The notes: generated by a model not told the origin, from the letters alone. Positions 39,102 to 48,389 are shown, numbered from the stretch's first letter. The stretch: DNA of 64,000 nucleotides from an uncultured Caulobacterales bacterium (GCA_903837135.1 CAILTK010000030.1:3599-67598); one strand, 5' to 3'. Numbers and translations are program-made.

Positions 39102-39862
39102 TCCCAGTCCAGCGCCGTCTCGCCGCGCAGAATCGCCTCCGCCTCGGCCGTATGCTTGGCGCCCGAACGGTCGTGCAGCACGAGGGGCGGCAAGAGGACG
39201 AGCGGCGCTCTGCCGCCGCGCACGGCTTTGACCACCACCCGCTTGGCCGGCTGGTCGGCGTAGGGCTGGATCGGACGGACGCGGATCGAGCCTGCGCGCG
39301 GAGCGAACCCCGCCAGGATGTCGCCGAGCCGGTCGGCGCGATGGATCAGCAGCATCTGGCCGCCGTCCTTCACCGCGTCGGCCAGGAAGCCCAGCCAGGC
39401 GTCGAGGCCGTCGTCGGCGAGCCAGGCGCCGGCCTTCTCAGGCGTCGGCCCCCTCAGCGCCCCCGGGTCGTCGAAGAACGGCGGATTGGCGATCGCCGCG
39501 TCCGCGCGCCGCAGGCCCAGGGCGCGAAAGCCCTGCGCCACCTGTCCGGGCACGGCGACGACGCGATCCTGCAGGGCGTTCAGCGCGATGTTCCTCTGGG
39601 CGAGGGCCAGCGCCTCCGCATCCCGCTCGACGCCCCAGAACGCGGCCTCGGGGTTGCGGGCGGCCGCCTGCAGGAGGGCCGCGCCGACGCCGCAGCCGAT
39701 CTCGAGCGCCCGCTGGCCGGGCTTCAACCGCAGTGCGGCGGCCAGAAGGGCGGCGTCCATGCCGGCGCGGTAGCCGCGGCCGGGCTGAACCAGCCGCAGC
39801 CGTCCGCCGAGCAGCAGGCTCTCGCGCGTGTGTGGCTCTATCTCCGCACCCGTCTCATCCAT
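39089..39862 (-). CDS. SAM-dependent methyltransferase with NPPF motif (tRNA m6A37 YfiC-like / N6-adenine MTase family)
   Basis: ORF 39089..39964. Start placed at MDETGAE. EIGCGVGA (motif I) and ANPPFF (motif IV). Confidence 0.8.
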   Translation of the reverse strand: MDETGAEIEPHTRESLLLGGRLRLVQPGRGYRAGMDAALLAAALRLKPGQRALEIGCGVGAALLQAAARNPEAAFWGVERDAEALALAQRNIALNALQDRVVAVPGQVAQGFRALGLRRADAAIANPPFFDDPGALRGPTPEKAGAWLADDGLDAWLGFLADAVKDGGQMLLIHRADRLGDILAGFAPRAGSIRVRPIQPYADQPAKRVVVKAVRGGRAPLVLLPPLVLHDRSGAKHTAEAEAILRGETALDWDQSA

Positions 39863-39975
39863 CCCTTCGTTCACCGCGCGGTTCCCTTGACCCTGGGGGG
39901 CCGGGTCACCATTGTGCGCCACGCGCGCGGCCTCACGCCATCCCTGGTGTGACGGCGGCGTCAAAGGCCTGAATT

Positions 39976-40986
39976 TTGGACGCAGCCACCGCCGCTTTGG
40001 CCCCGCCGAGGCCCTCCGTCGACCAGCTCCTGGCGCTGGCCGAACGCGATATGGCGGGTGTCGACGCGCTGATCCTCGAGCATATGGACTCCAGCGTGCC
40101 GGTGATTCCGGCCCTGGCCGAGCACCTGATCGCGGCGGGCGGCAAGCGGCTCAGGCCGTTGATGACGGTGTCGGCGGCGCGGGCCGCTGGGGCGCGCGAC
40201 GACGCCTTCCGCAAGCTGGCCGCCGCCGTGGAGTTCATCCATACGGCGACGCTGTTGCACGACGATGTGGTCGATTCGTCCACCCTCCGGCGCGGCAAGG
40301 TGGCGGCCCACCTGATCTGGGGCGCCCCGTCCAGCGTGCTGGTCGGCGATTTCCTGTTCGCGCGGGCGTTCGAGCTGATGGTTTCGGCCGGCTCGATGCG
40401 GGCGCTGGAGATCCTGGCCCGGGCCTCGCGGGTGATCTCCGAAGGCGAAGTGCTGCAACTGACCCGGTCGCACGAGATCACCCTGACCGAGGAGATGTAC
40501 CTCGAGATCATCTCGGCCAAGACCGCCGAGCTGTTCGCCGCCGCCGCGGAAGCCGGCGCCGTGTCGGCCGGGGCGAGCGAGCATACCATCCGCGCCTTCC
40601 GCACCTTCGGCATGAATGTGGGCATCGCCTTCCAGCTGGTCGACGACGCGCTCGATTATTCGGGCGCGGCCGGGGCGCTCGGCAAGAACCCGGGCGACGA
40701 TTTCCGCGAAGGCAAGGCGACCCTGCCGCTGCTCTATGCGATCGCCCGCACCGGGGCCGGCGAGGCGGCGTTCTGGAACCGCACGGTCGGCGACCTGCAG
40801 CAGGACGAGGCCGACTTCGCGCGCGCGCAGCAGCTGGTGACCTCCACCGGCGCCCTCGCGGCTACCATGGACCTGGCTTACGACTACGCCGACCGGGCCA
40901 AGATGGCGCTCGCCGGCATCGGCGACCCGGTCTGGCGCAGCGCCCTGTGCGAACTCGCCGACGTGGCCGTCAGCCGCTCCGCGTAA
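39976..40986 (+). CDS. ispB: polyprenyl (octaprenyl) diphosphate synthase
   Basis: 336-aa ORF with two Asp-rich motifs (LLHDDVVD and QLVDDALD). Confidence 0.9.
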   Translation: MDAATAALAPPRPSVDQLLALAERDMAGVDALILEHMDSSVPVIPALAEHLIAAGGKRLRPLMTVSAARAAGARDDAFRKLAAAVEFIHTATLLHDDVVDSSTLRRGKVAAHLIWGAPSSVLVGDFLFARAFELMVSAGSMRALEILARASRVISEGEVLQLTRSHEITLTEEMYLEIISAKTAELFAAAAEAGAVSAGASEHTIRAFRTFGMNVGIAFQLVDDALDYSGAAGALGKNPGDDFREGKATLPLLYAIARTGAGEAAFWNRTVGDLQQDEADFARAQQLVTSTGALAATMDLAYDYADRAKMALAGIGDPVWRSALCELADVAVSRSA

Positions 40987-42013
40987 GCCGCCGGTCGAGC
41001 CAGAGCCAGCCGGCGACGGCCCCGGCCACGCCGACCCCGAACACCAGGGCCGCGCTCAGGGGATCGCCCCGCGCCACGCTGATCGCCGCGGCGGTGTACG
41101 CGCCGACGATCAGCCAGACCCTGCGGGCCAAGGCGGCGTGGTCGCCGGCGTGGGCGGCCAGCCAGCGCTGATAGAGGTGCTGCTTGTGGGCGTCGAACAG
41201 CCGTTCCTTGCGTCGCGCCCGGCCCAGCAGGGTCAACAGCACGTCGGTCAACAGCGGCGTCAGGGCGATCGGCGCGGTGAAGAGGTTCAGCGCGCCGGCC
41301 ATGCGGCCCGGACCCGCGGCGACCACGGCGATCGCCGCCGCGAGGGCGCCGAGAAAAAGGGCGCCCGCGTCGCCCTGGAACAGCCGGGCCGTGGGATAAT
41401 TCCACGGCAGGAATCCGGCGCAGGCGCCGGCCGCGCCGAGCAGGACCACCGGCAGGGTCGCGTCCGCGCCGTTCAGCGCCCGAAGGCCCAGTCCGCCGAG
41501 GACGATGGCCAGGGCCCCGGCGATCAGGCCGTTGGAGCCGTCCATGAAGTTCACCGCGTTGACGGTGACGATCATCCACAACGCCACGCCGCCCACGGCC
41601 ACCGGCCAGGGCAGTTCGAGCCCGAAGGTCGCCGAAAGCGGGATGCGCGCCGGGTGCACCAGGACGGCGAAGGCCAGGGCCAGGACGAGCTGGACCATCA
41701 GCTTGCCCTTGGCCCCGAGGTCGAGCACGTCGTCGACGGCGCCGAGCAGGCCGTGCGCCAGGGCGACGGCGACGGCGCCCGTGAACGCCAGGTCGACGCC
41801 GCCGGACGCACGCATCGCATGAAGGCCGGCGACCAGGGCCGCGGCCGTCCCGCCGAGAAGGGCGAGGCCGCCGGCGGTGGGAGTCGGCGCCGCGTGCATG
41901 CCGCGGGCGCGCGGCCGGTCCACCGGGCCGCACCAGGCGAGCACGGCGGAGAGGCCGCACGACACGATCAGCGCGGCGAGGGCCCCGAGCCAGGCGGCCG
42001 ACTGGAGACCCAT
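40970..42013 (-). CDS. glycosyltransferase family 4 (MraY/WecA-like polyprenyl-phosphate sugar-phosphate transferase)
   Basis: 347-aa polytopic membrane ORF. AVDDVLDLG, NAVNFMDGSNGL and YPTARLFQGDAG are family-typical segments. Confidence 0.85.
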   Translation of the reverse strand: MGLQSAAWLGALAALIVSCGLSAVLAWCGPVDRPRARGMHAAPTPTAGGLALLGGTAAALVAGLHAMRASGGVDLAFTGAVAVALAHGLLGAVDDVLDLGAKGKLMVQLVLALAFAVLVHPARIPLSATFGLELPWPVAVGGVALWMIVTVNAVNFMDGSNGLIAGALAIVLGGLGLRALNGADATLPVVLLGAAGACAGFLPWNYPTARLFQGDAGALFLGALAAAIAVVAAGPGRMAGALNLFTAPIALTPLLTDVLLTLLGRARRKERLFDAHKQHLYQRWLAAHAGDHAALARRVWLIVGAYTAAAISVARGDPLSAALVFGVGVAGAVAGWLWLDRRLTRSG

Positions 42014-42025
42014 CGATACGGCGCC

Positions 42026-43327
<1,302 letters not shown>

Positions 43328-44170
43328 TTACGGCAGCCCGACCATCGCCCGCACCTCGGCGGGCGTGACGCCCCGGGCCCGCAGGTCGACGAGGCGGCCG
43401 GTGGCGTCGCGCTTGGCGAAGCGCCGGCCGTCGGCGCCGACGATCAGCCGATGGTGGCGATAGACCGGCGTCGGCAGATCGAGCAGGGCCTGCAACAGGC
43501 GCTGGATGGGAATGGCCTCGCGCAGATCCTCGCCGCGGATCACGTGGGTGACCCCCTGCAAGGCGTCGTCGACGACCGAGGCGAGGTGATAGGCCACGCC
43601 CACGTCCTTGCGGGCCAGGATCACGTCGCCGGCGGTGTCCGGCCGGGCGAGGGCCTCTCCGGCGTCGAGGTCGGTGAACGCCAGCTGGTCGAAGGTCCCG
43701 CCCAGGCGCCGCCGCGCCGCCGCCAGCGACAGCCGCCAGGCGAAGGGGTCGCCGCGCGCCAGCCGCGCCGCTTCCTCCTCCTCCGGCAGGGGCGCGCCCC
43801 GGAACGGCGTCTCGGGTCCGTGCGGCGCGGAGGCCGCGGCTTCGGCCACCTCCTTGCGCGTGCGGAAGCAACGATAGAGCACCCCGTCGGAGCACAGCCG
43901 GCTCAGAGCCGCGTCGTAGTCGGCCATGTGCTCCGACTGGCGCCGGACCGGGGTCTCCCAGTCGATCCCCAGCCAGGCGAGGTCGTCGTAGATCGCCTGC
44001 TCGAAGTCGGGGCGGCAGCGGGTCCGATCGATGTCCTCCATGCGCAGCAGCAGTCGCCCGCCCGCCGCCCGCGCCGCCGCCTGCGCGGTCAGCGCCGAGA
44101 AGGCATGACCAAGGTGCAGAAGCCCGGTGGGCGAAGGCGCGAAGCGGGTGACGAAGGCGGCGCCCGGGTC
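43328..44170 (-). CDS. gluQ: tRNA glutamyl-Q(34) synthetase; start codon unresolved
   Basis: ORF 43328..44329. The conserved core begins at FVTRFAPSPTGLLHLGHA. No ATG/GTG/TTG lies between the TetR stop (44179) and this core; the only ATG (44329) would overlap tetR by 150 nt. Confidence 0.8.
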   Translation of the reverse strand, partial: DPGAAFVTRFAPSPTGLLHLGHAFSALTAQAAARAAGGRLLLRMEDIDRTRCRPDFEQAIYDDLAWLGIDWETPVRRQSEHMADYDAALSRLCSDGVLYRCFRTRKEVAEAAASAPHGPETPFRGAPLPEEEEAARLARGDPFAWRLSLAAARRRLGGTFDQLAFTDLDAGEALARPDTAGDVILARKDVGVAYHLASVVDDALQGVTHVIRGEDLREAIPIQRLLQALLDLPTPVYRHHRLIVGADGRRFAKRDATGRLVDLRARGVTPAEVRAMVGLP

Positions 44171-44178
44171 CGGCAGGA

Positions 44179-44814
44179 TCAGAGGTCGCTGCTCGGGGAA
44201 TGGCAGACGCGCGACATGAGCTCTTCGATGAAGCGGTCCTCCCCGCCGAGCTCGTCGATCATCGGCTTGAACTGGGCGAAACCGACCATCTCCGCGACGC
44301 CGTGGGCCGAGCACCAGGCGGAGATGCACCAGAGTTTCAGATCGACCTGGTTGGACGGGTCGATGCCGGCGCGGATCATCGCCTGCTCCACCAGGTGGAA
44401 GCCGCCGCCTTCGCCGTGGGTCTTGTCCGGCATGCCGTCCTGGGCGCGCGAGCAGTCGTACATCACCCGGTAGAGCGCGGGGTTCTCGCGGGCGAACTTC
44501 ACATAGGCCACGCCCATGGTGTGCATCTTGGCTTCGGTGTCGGCCGCCACCGCGCCCTTGATCGCTTCGCCCAAAGCCTCGAAGCCGGCTTCGGCGATGG
44601 CGTTGAGCAGGTCCGACTTGTCCTTGAAGTGGTGGTAGGGCGCCGCGGGACTGACGCCGGCCTCGCGCGCCACGGCGCGGAGCGACAAGGCCTGGGGCCC
44701 TTCACGCTCCAGGATCCGCTCGGCGGCGAGGATCAGGGCGCGGCGCAGATCGCCGTGGTGATAGGGGCGGACGTCCGCAGGGTCGACAGCGACGGGCTTG
44801 TTCATCGGAGGCAC
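44179..44814 (-). CDS. TetR/AcrR-family transcriptional regulator
   Basis: 211-aa ORF with HTH LSLRAVAREAGVSPAAPYHHFKDKSDL. Confidence 0.85.
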   Translation of the reverse strand: MPPMNKPVAVDPADVRPYHHGDLRRALILAAERILEREGPQALSLRAVAREAGVSPAAPYHHFKDKSDLLNAIAEAGFEALGEAIKGAVAADTEAKMHTMGVAYVKFARENPALYRVMYDCSRAQDGMPDKTHGEGGGFHLVEQAMIRAGIDPSNQVDLKLWCISAWCSAHGVAEMVGFAQFKPMIDELGGEDRFIEELMSRVCHSPSSDL

Positions 44815-44829
44815 TCTAACTTTTCATCC

Positions 44830-44876
44830 GAACGGCGTAAAGTTAATCTTGACACCGTTCAAATAGCGGGTATTTA
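44830..44876 (+). promoter_or_regulatory. near-consensus sigma70-like promoter (TTGACA-N16-TATTTA) bracketed by inverted repeat GAACGG-N19-CCGTTC
   Basis: TTGACA at 44849-44854 and TATTTA at 44871-44876. Inverted-repeat arms at 44830-44835 and 44855-44860 flank the -35 element, in the tetR-divergent intergenic region. Confidence 0.4.
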
Positions 44877-44941
44877 AGCATCGTTCAGATCGAGTTCGGC
44901 CAATGGGGACGGGCTAAGATCCTTGGAATGGGGATACCATC

Positions 44942-45088
44942 ATGTCGTATCAAAACCTTGCAACTGCAACAGCCGCTGTTCGTAATTCCGACAGCGTCAT
45001 CGCCCGCTTCGCCGACCGGATCGGCATGGTCGCGCTCCTGGTCATGGGCTTGGCCATGGGCGGCGTCACGGCCTTTACCGGCCTCTGA
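44942..45088 (+). CDS. unannotated 48-codon small membrane protein candidate
   Basis: ATG at 44942, preceded by GGGGA. Encodes MSYQNLATATAAVRNSDSVIARFADRIGMVALLVMGLAMGGVTAFTGL*. One C-terminal TM segment; GC3 becomes genome-like after the first ~16 codons. Below the ORF-track length cut-off. Confidence 0.4.
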   Translation: MSYQNLATATAAVRNSDSVIARFADRIGMVALLVMGLAMGGVTAFTGL

Positions 45089-45117
45089 ATCCCAACGCGG
45101 TTGCGGCCCGTGTCGTC

Positions 45118-45136
45118 GCCGGCGTAAGCCGCCGGC
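45118..45136 (+). promoter_or_regulatory. perfect 7-bp GC hairpin abutting the alkA start codon
   Basis: GCCGGCG (45118-45124), loop TAAGC, CGCCGGC (45130-45136), then ATG at 45137. No Shine-Dalgarno sequence is visible outside the stem. Confidence 0.5.
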
Positions 45137-45775
45137 ATGACCGGGCTGGACGCCGCCGAGATCAGAGCCGCCCGCGCACAGCTGGCCCGCCGGGATGAGG
45201 CGCTCGCCCGCGCCGACGCCGTCACGCCGGCCTTCGCCTGGCGCACCCGCGACGGCGGCTATGCGGGTCTTCTTCGCATCCTCGTCAACCAGCAGGTCTC
45301 GAACGCCTCGGCCGCGGCCATCTGGGCCCGGCTCGAGGCCGGGCTCGGCCAGGTGAGCGCCGAAAACGCCCTTCGTTTCGACATCGACGGTCTCAAGCGC
45401 TTCGGCCTGTCGCGGCCCAAGGCGCGTTATGCGCTGGCCATCGCCGAGGCGGAGAAACGCGGCGCCATCGATTTCCAGCACCTTCGCGACCTCGACGACG
45501 ACGCGGCGCTGCAGGCGCTGTGCAGTCTGACCGGCGTCGGCCGCTGGACCGCGGAGGTCTACCTCAGCTTCTGCGAAGGCCGGCTCGACTTCTTTCCGGC
45601 CGGGGACGTGGCCCTGCAGGAGGCGGTGCGCCTGGCGGACCGGGCCGAGCTGCGGCTCACCGAAAAGCAGCTCTATCTGCGCGCCGAAGCCTGGCGCCCC
45701 AACCGCGGCGTCGCCGCCCACCTGCTGTGGGCCTATTACGGCGGCGTGAAGCGCGGAGAGATCGCCCCTGCGTGA
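45137..45775 (+). CDS. alkA: DNA-3-methyladenine glycosylase II-like HhH-GPD protein
   Basis: 212-aa ORF. HhH-GPD pattern (LTGVGRWTAEVYLSF...PAGDVALQ). Confidence 0.8.
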   Translation: MTGLDAAEIRAARAQLARRDEALARADAVTPAFAWRTRDGGYAGLLRILVNQQVSNASAAAIWARLEAGLGQVSAENALRFDIDGLKRFGLSRPKARYALAIAEAEKRGAIDFQHLRDLDDDAALQALCSLTGVGRWTAEVYLSFCEGRLDFFPAGDVALQEAVRLADRAELRLTEKQLYLRAEAWRPNRGVAAHLLWAYYGGVKRGEIAPA

Positions 45776-45885
45776 CCGTCCGGCGGCGGCGGCGCGGACC
45801 CCTCCGCGACGACCGTCATGGAGATGTCGCCAGGAATCGCTTAAAGCTGGCGTTCGAAGGAGACTACCCGCCTTCGGTATCCAGA

Positions 45886-45907
45886 CTTGAGGAGGATCGT
45901 CTTCAAG
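45886..45907. promoter_or_regulatory. 22-nt imperfect palindrome centred on GATC, upstream of the HNH gene
   Basis: CTTGAGGAGGATCGTCTTCAAG, about 50 nt upstream of the ATG at 45958. A second inverted repeat, CGAAGG-N10-CCTTCG, lies at 45854-45875. Confidence 0.35.
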
Positions 45908-45957
45908 CATCTGTGCAAGGTACATCGGGACGCGCCACGGCCGGAGAGTCTCCCGTC

Positions 45958-46524
45958 ATGACGCTGCAGGTCCTTTCGCGGCCGCCGTCAGGCTGGCCCG
46001 CCCTCGTTCTCAACGCCGATTTTCGGCCGTTGTCCTATTATCCCCTGTCGCTCTGGCCGTGGCAGGAGGTGATCAAAGCGGTGTTTCTCGACCGCGTGGA
46101 CGTGATCTCGACCTACGACCACGTGGTCCGCTCGCCCTCGTTCGAAATGCGGCTGCCGAGCGTGGTGGCGCTGAAGAACTATGTGGCCCAGGACCGGCCG
46201 CCGGCCTTCACCCGCTTCAACCTGTTCCTGCGCGACGCCTTCACCTGCCAGTACTGCGGCTCGCCCGAGGAGCTGACCTTCGACCACATCACCCCGCGCT
46301 CGCGGGGCGGCCGCACCACGTGGGAGAACATCGTCACCGCCTGCGCGCCGTGCAATCTGGCCAAGGGCGGCCGCACGCCCAAGGAAGCGCAGATGGCGGT
46401 GTTCCGCGCCGCCCACCGGCCGACCATGTACGAACTGCAGGAGCAGGGCCGCCGCTTCCCGCCCAACCACCTGCATGAAAGCTGGCTCGACTACCTCTAC
46501 TGGGACATCGAACTGGAGGCGTAG
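45958..46524 (+). CDS. HNH endonuclease-family protein
   Basis: C-terminal 188 aa of ORF 45520..46524. CQYCG...FDHITPRSRGGRTTWENIVTACAPCNLAKG is an HNH/zinc-finger core. Confidence 0.85.
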   Translation: MTLQVLSRPPSGWPALVLNADFRPLSYYPLSLWPWQEVIKAVFLDRVDVISTYDHVVRSPSFEMRLPSVVALKNYVAQDRPPAFTRFNLFLRDAFTCQYCGSPEELTFDHITPRSRGGRTTWENIVTACAPCNLAKGGRTPKEAQMAVFRAAHRPTMYELQEQGRRFPPNHLHESWLDYLYWDIELEA

Positions 46525-46585
46525 AGCGAGAGGCGCGACTCGAGAATCACGCATATCGCTAGAGGGCCGATTTGATGGCGTCAAA

Positions 46586-46818
46586 CCGCCGGTCTCGTCT
46601 GGCGTCGCCACGGGGCGTGCGCTGCGACGCGATCGCCCGTAAGCGGACCTCTTCTCTCTATGCCGAAGCGCCGGCCCTCGGTCGCGGGAGATTGGCGGCA
46701 GGCGGCGCGCCGAACATGCTCTTGTACTCCCCGCTGTATGCCGATGAAGGGCGAAGGGGGCCGCAATTGTGGTCCGTCTCGCCACGCTGGACTGGACGGG
46801 GCAGACCGGCGGCTTTTT
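46586..46818 (+). ncRNA. candidate structured RNA (unclassified) closed by a 10-bp long-range helix and followed by a T-run
   Basis: CCGCCGGTCT (46586-46595) is the exact reverse complement of AGACCGGCGG (46803-46812), which is followed by CTTTTT. An internal 7-bp hairpin pairs GCGTCGC (46602-46608) with GCGACGC (46624-46630). Lies in a 560-bp gap without a credible ORF. Confidence 0.2.
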
Positions 46819-47083
46819 CCATGATGGCGAGGCGCCGGGCGTTGCGCCTTACGGCTGGTGATCCTGCTGGTTGATGCACGGGGGATAGCTCGCGCGTGTG
46901 GACTTGCGAGCGACCTCCACCCCACCCGAAACGCGCCGCTCGATCCAAATGGGCCCCACGCGAAACGCCCAAAGCAACGGCGACTCCTTCGTCGATGGAG
47001 GTCGCGCCGGAAGTGGAACAGCCGGTGGCCAGGCGCGCCGCCGAAGCCTACTGTGAACACTCCATCTGAAGCTCGGAGGCGGC

Positions 47084-47779
47084 ATGTCCAAGACCATTGT
47101 CATCGTCGGGTTCGGGCCCGGCGTCTCCAGCGCCGTCGCCGAACGGTTCGGCGCCGAAGGATTCTCGGTGGCGCTGATCGCCCGGAACGCGGCCCGGCTG
47201 ACCGCCGGGGTCGAAGCGTTGAAGACCAGGGGCGTCGCCGCCGCCGCCTTCCCGGCGGACGCCAGCGATCCGGTCGCCCTCCGCGGCGCGATCAGACGGG
47301 CCGGCGCCGAGCTCGGCCCGATCGTCGTGCTGCACTGGAACGCCTTCAGCGGACATGGGCTCGGCGACCTCCTGTCCGTCGATCCCACCCGCGTCAAAGA
47401 CGTGTTCGACGTCGCCCTCGTCGGACTCCTGGGCGCGGTGCAGGAGGCGCTGCCGGACCTGAAGGCGGCGGGCGATGGCGCGGTCCTCGTCACCAACGGC
47501 GCATTCGGCGACCTCAACCCGATGGTCGACGGGTTCGCCCTGGCGCTGAAGGCCGAGGGGGTGGCCCTCGCCAACGCGGCCAAGGCCAAGCTGGTGGGAC
47601 TGTTGGCGGCGCGGCTGAAGGACGACGGCGTCTTCGTCGGCGAAGTGACCATCGCCGGGGTTGTCAGGGGGACGGGGCCGGAAAGCGCCGCCGTGCCGAC
47701 GATCGAGGGCGGGACGATCGCCGACGCGTTCTGGGGCCTCTACCGGGCGCGGGACACGGTCCGGGCGCGCGTGGGCTGA
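47084..47779 (+). CDS. SDR-family oxidoreductase
   Basis: 231-aa ORF. N-terminal Rossmann segment IVIVGFGPGVSSAVAERFGAEGFSVALIAR. Confidence 0.75.
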   Translation: MSKTIVIVGFGPGVSSAVAERFGAEGFSVALIARNAARLTAGVEALKTRGVAAAAFPADASDPVALRGAIRRAGAELGPIVVLHWNAFSGHGLGDLLSVDPTRVKDVFDVALVGLLGAVQEALPDLKAAGDGAVLVTNGAFGDLNPMVDGFALALKAEGVALANAAKAKLVGLLAARLKDDGVFVGEVTIAGVVRGTGPESAAVPTIEGGTIADAFWGLYRARDTVRARVG

Positions 47780-47939
47780 TCGGGCGCTCGCGCGGGCGGC
47801 GCGCCGGGCTGAGGCCGCCTTGACGACGGCCTTATGCTCCGAACGTCCTTCCCGGATCGAGACCTTATGCGTCTCGCTCTAGATAAAGGGGCCTGAGACG
47901 GCGGCGGAAACAGGCCGCAGCTCGCCGGGCTTCTGCAAG

Positions 47940-48389
47940 ATGAATGATCCAACTCCAAGGACCGGCGCCGGTCGGCATCGCCTCGTCGAGGCCCTGACAG
48001 TCGCCGGCGTCACGACCTCAAGCCGCATCTATGTGCCTGGCGACGCCGCGCTGCCGATGCTGCTGTGGCTGTGCGCCCGCGGCTATGCACACGTGGTCCA
48101 CGTTTCGCAGAGCGTCGCGCCCATCGTGGAAGCGGGCGCGGCGTTGATCGTCCCACGAACCGTGTCCCTCGCGGACCTGGACAGGATCCTGGCGGGCTGC
48201 GCACGGGTGGCGCCCGGCGGCCTGATCGTGGTGCAGACCGCACGGTCCGAGCGCCGGACGCTTGGTGACGCGATCGACGACGCCATGGTCCGGGCGGGCT
48301 TCTGGCCGGAAGCGACGGCAACGGTCTCCCCGACAAGGCAGATCCACGTGGCGCGGCGGGCGACCGCCGTCCTGAAGCGGGCCGCCTGA
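47940..48389 (+). CDS. hypothetical protein
   Basis: 149-aa ORF with genome-typical codon GC3. I recognise no family; RVAPGGLIVVQT is faintly methyltransferase-fold-like. Confidence 0.45.
   Translation: MNDPTPRTGAGRHRLVEALTVAGVTTSSRIYVPGDAALPMLLWLCARGYAHVVHVSQSVAPIVEAGAALIVPRTVSLADLDRILAGCARVAPGGLIVVQTARSERRTLGDAIDDAMVRAGFWPEATATVSPTRQIHVARRATAVLKRAA

Noticed and set aside
45958-46524. HNH endonuclease as part of a restriction, defence or mobile element
   Set aside because: It is a stand-alone gene of about 188 aa with genome-typical composition. It has no adjacent methylase, ATPase, reverse transcriptase, terminase or integrase, so it looks like the solitary conserved HNH protein common in alphaproteobacterial chromosomes.
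46586-46818. Cobalamin riboswitch assignment for the candidate RNA
   Set aside because: Only loose similarity to the B12 box and the GCCACUG core (here GCCACGCTG). The GGUG..AA..CC hairpin is not convincing, and the downstream gene is an SDR 265 nt away rather than a B12-related gene. Kept as an unclassified candidate pending a covariance-model search.
47780-47939. ECF-type or sigma70-type promoter upstream of the hypothetical/USP genes (GGAAAC..., TTGACGA...)
   Set aside because: The candidate -35 elements lack a matching -10 at the required spacing, which is too weak to report.
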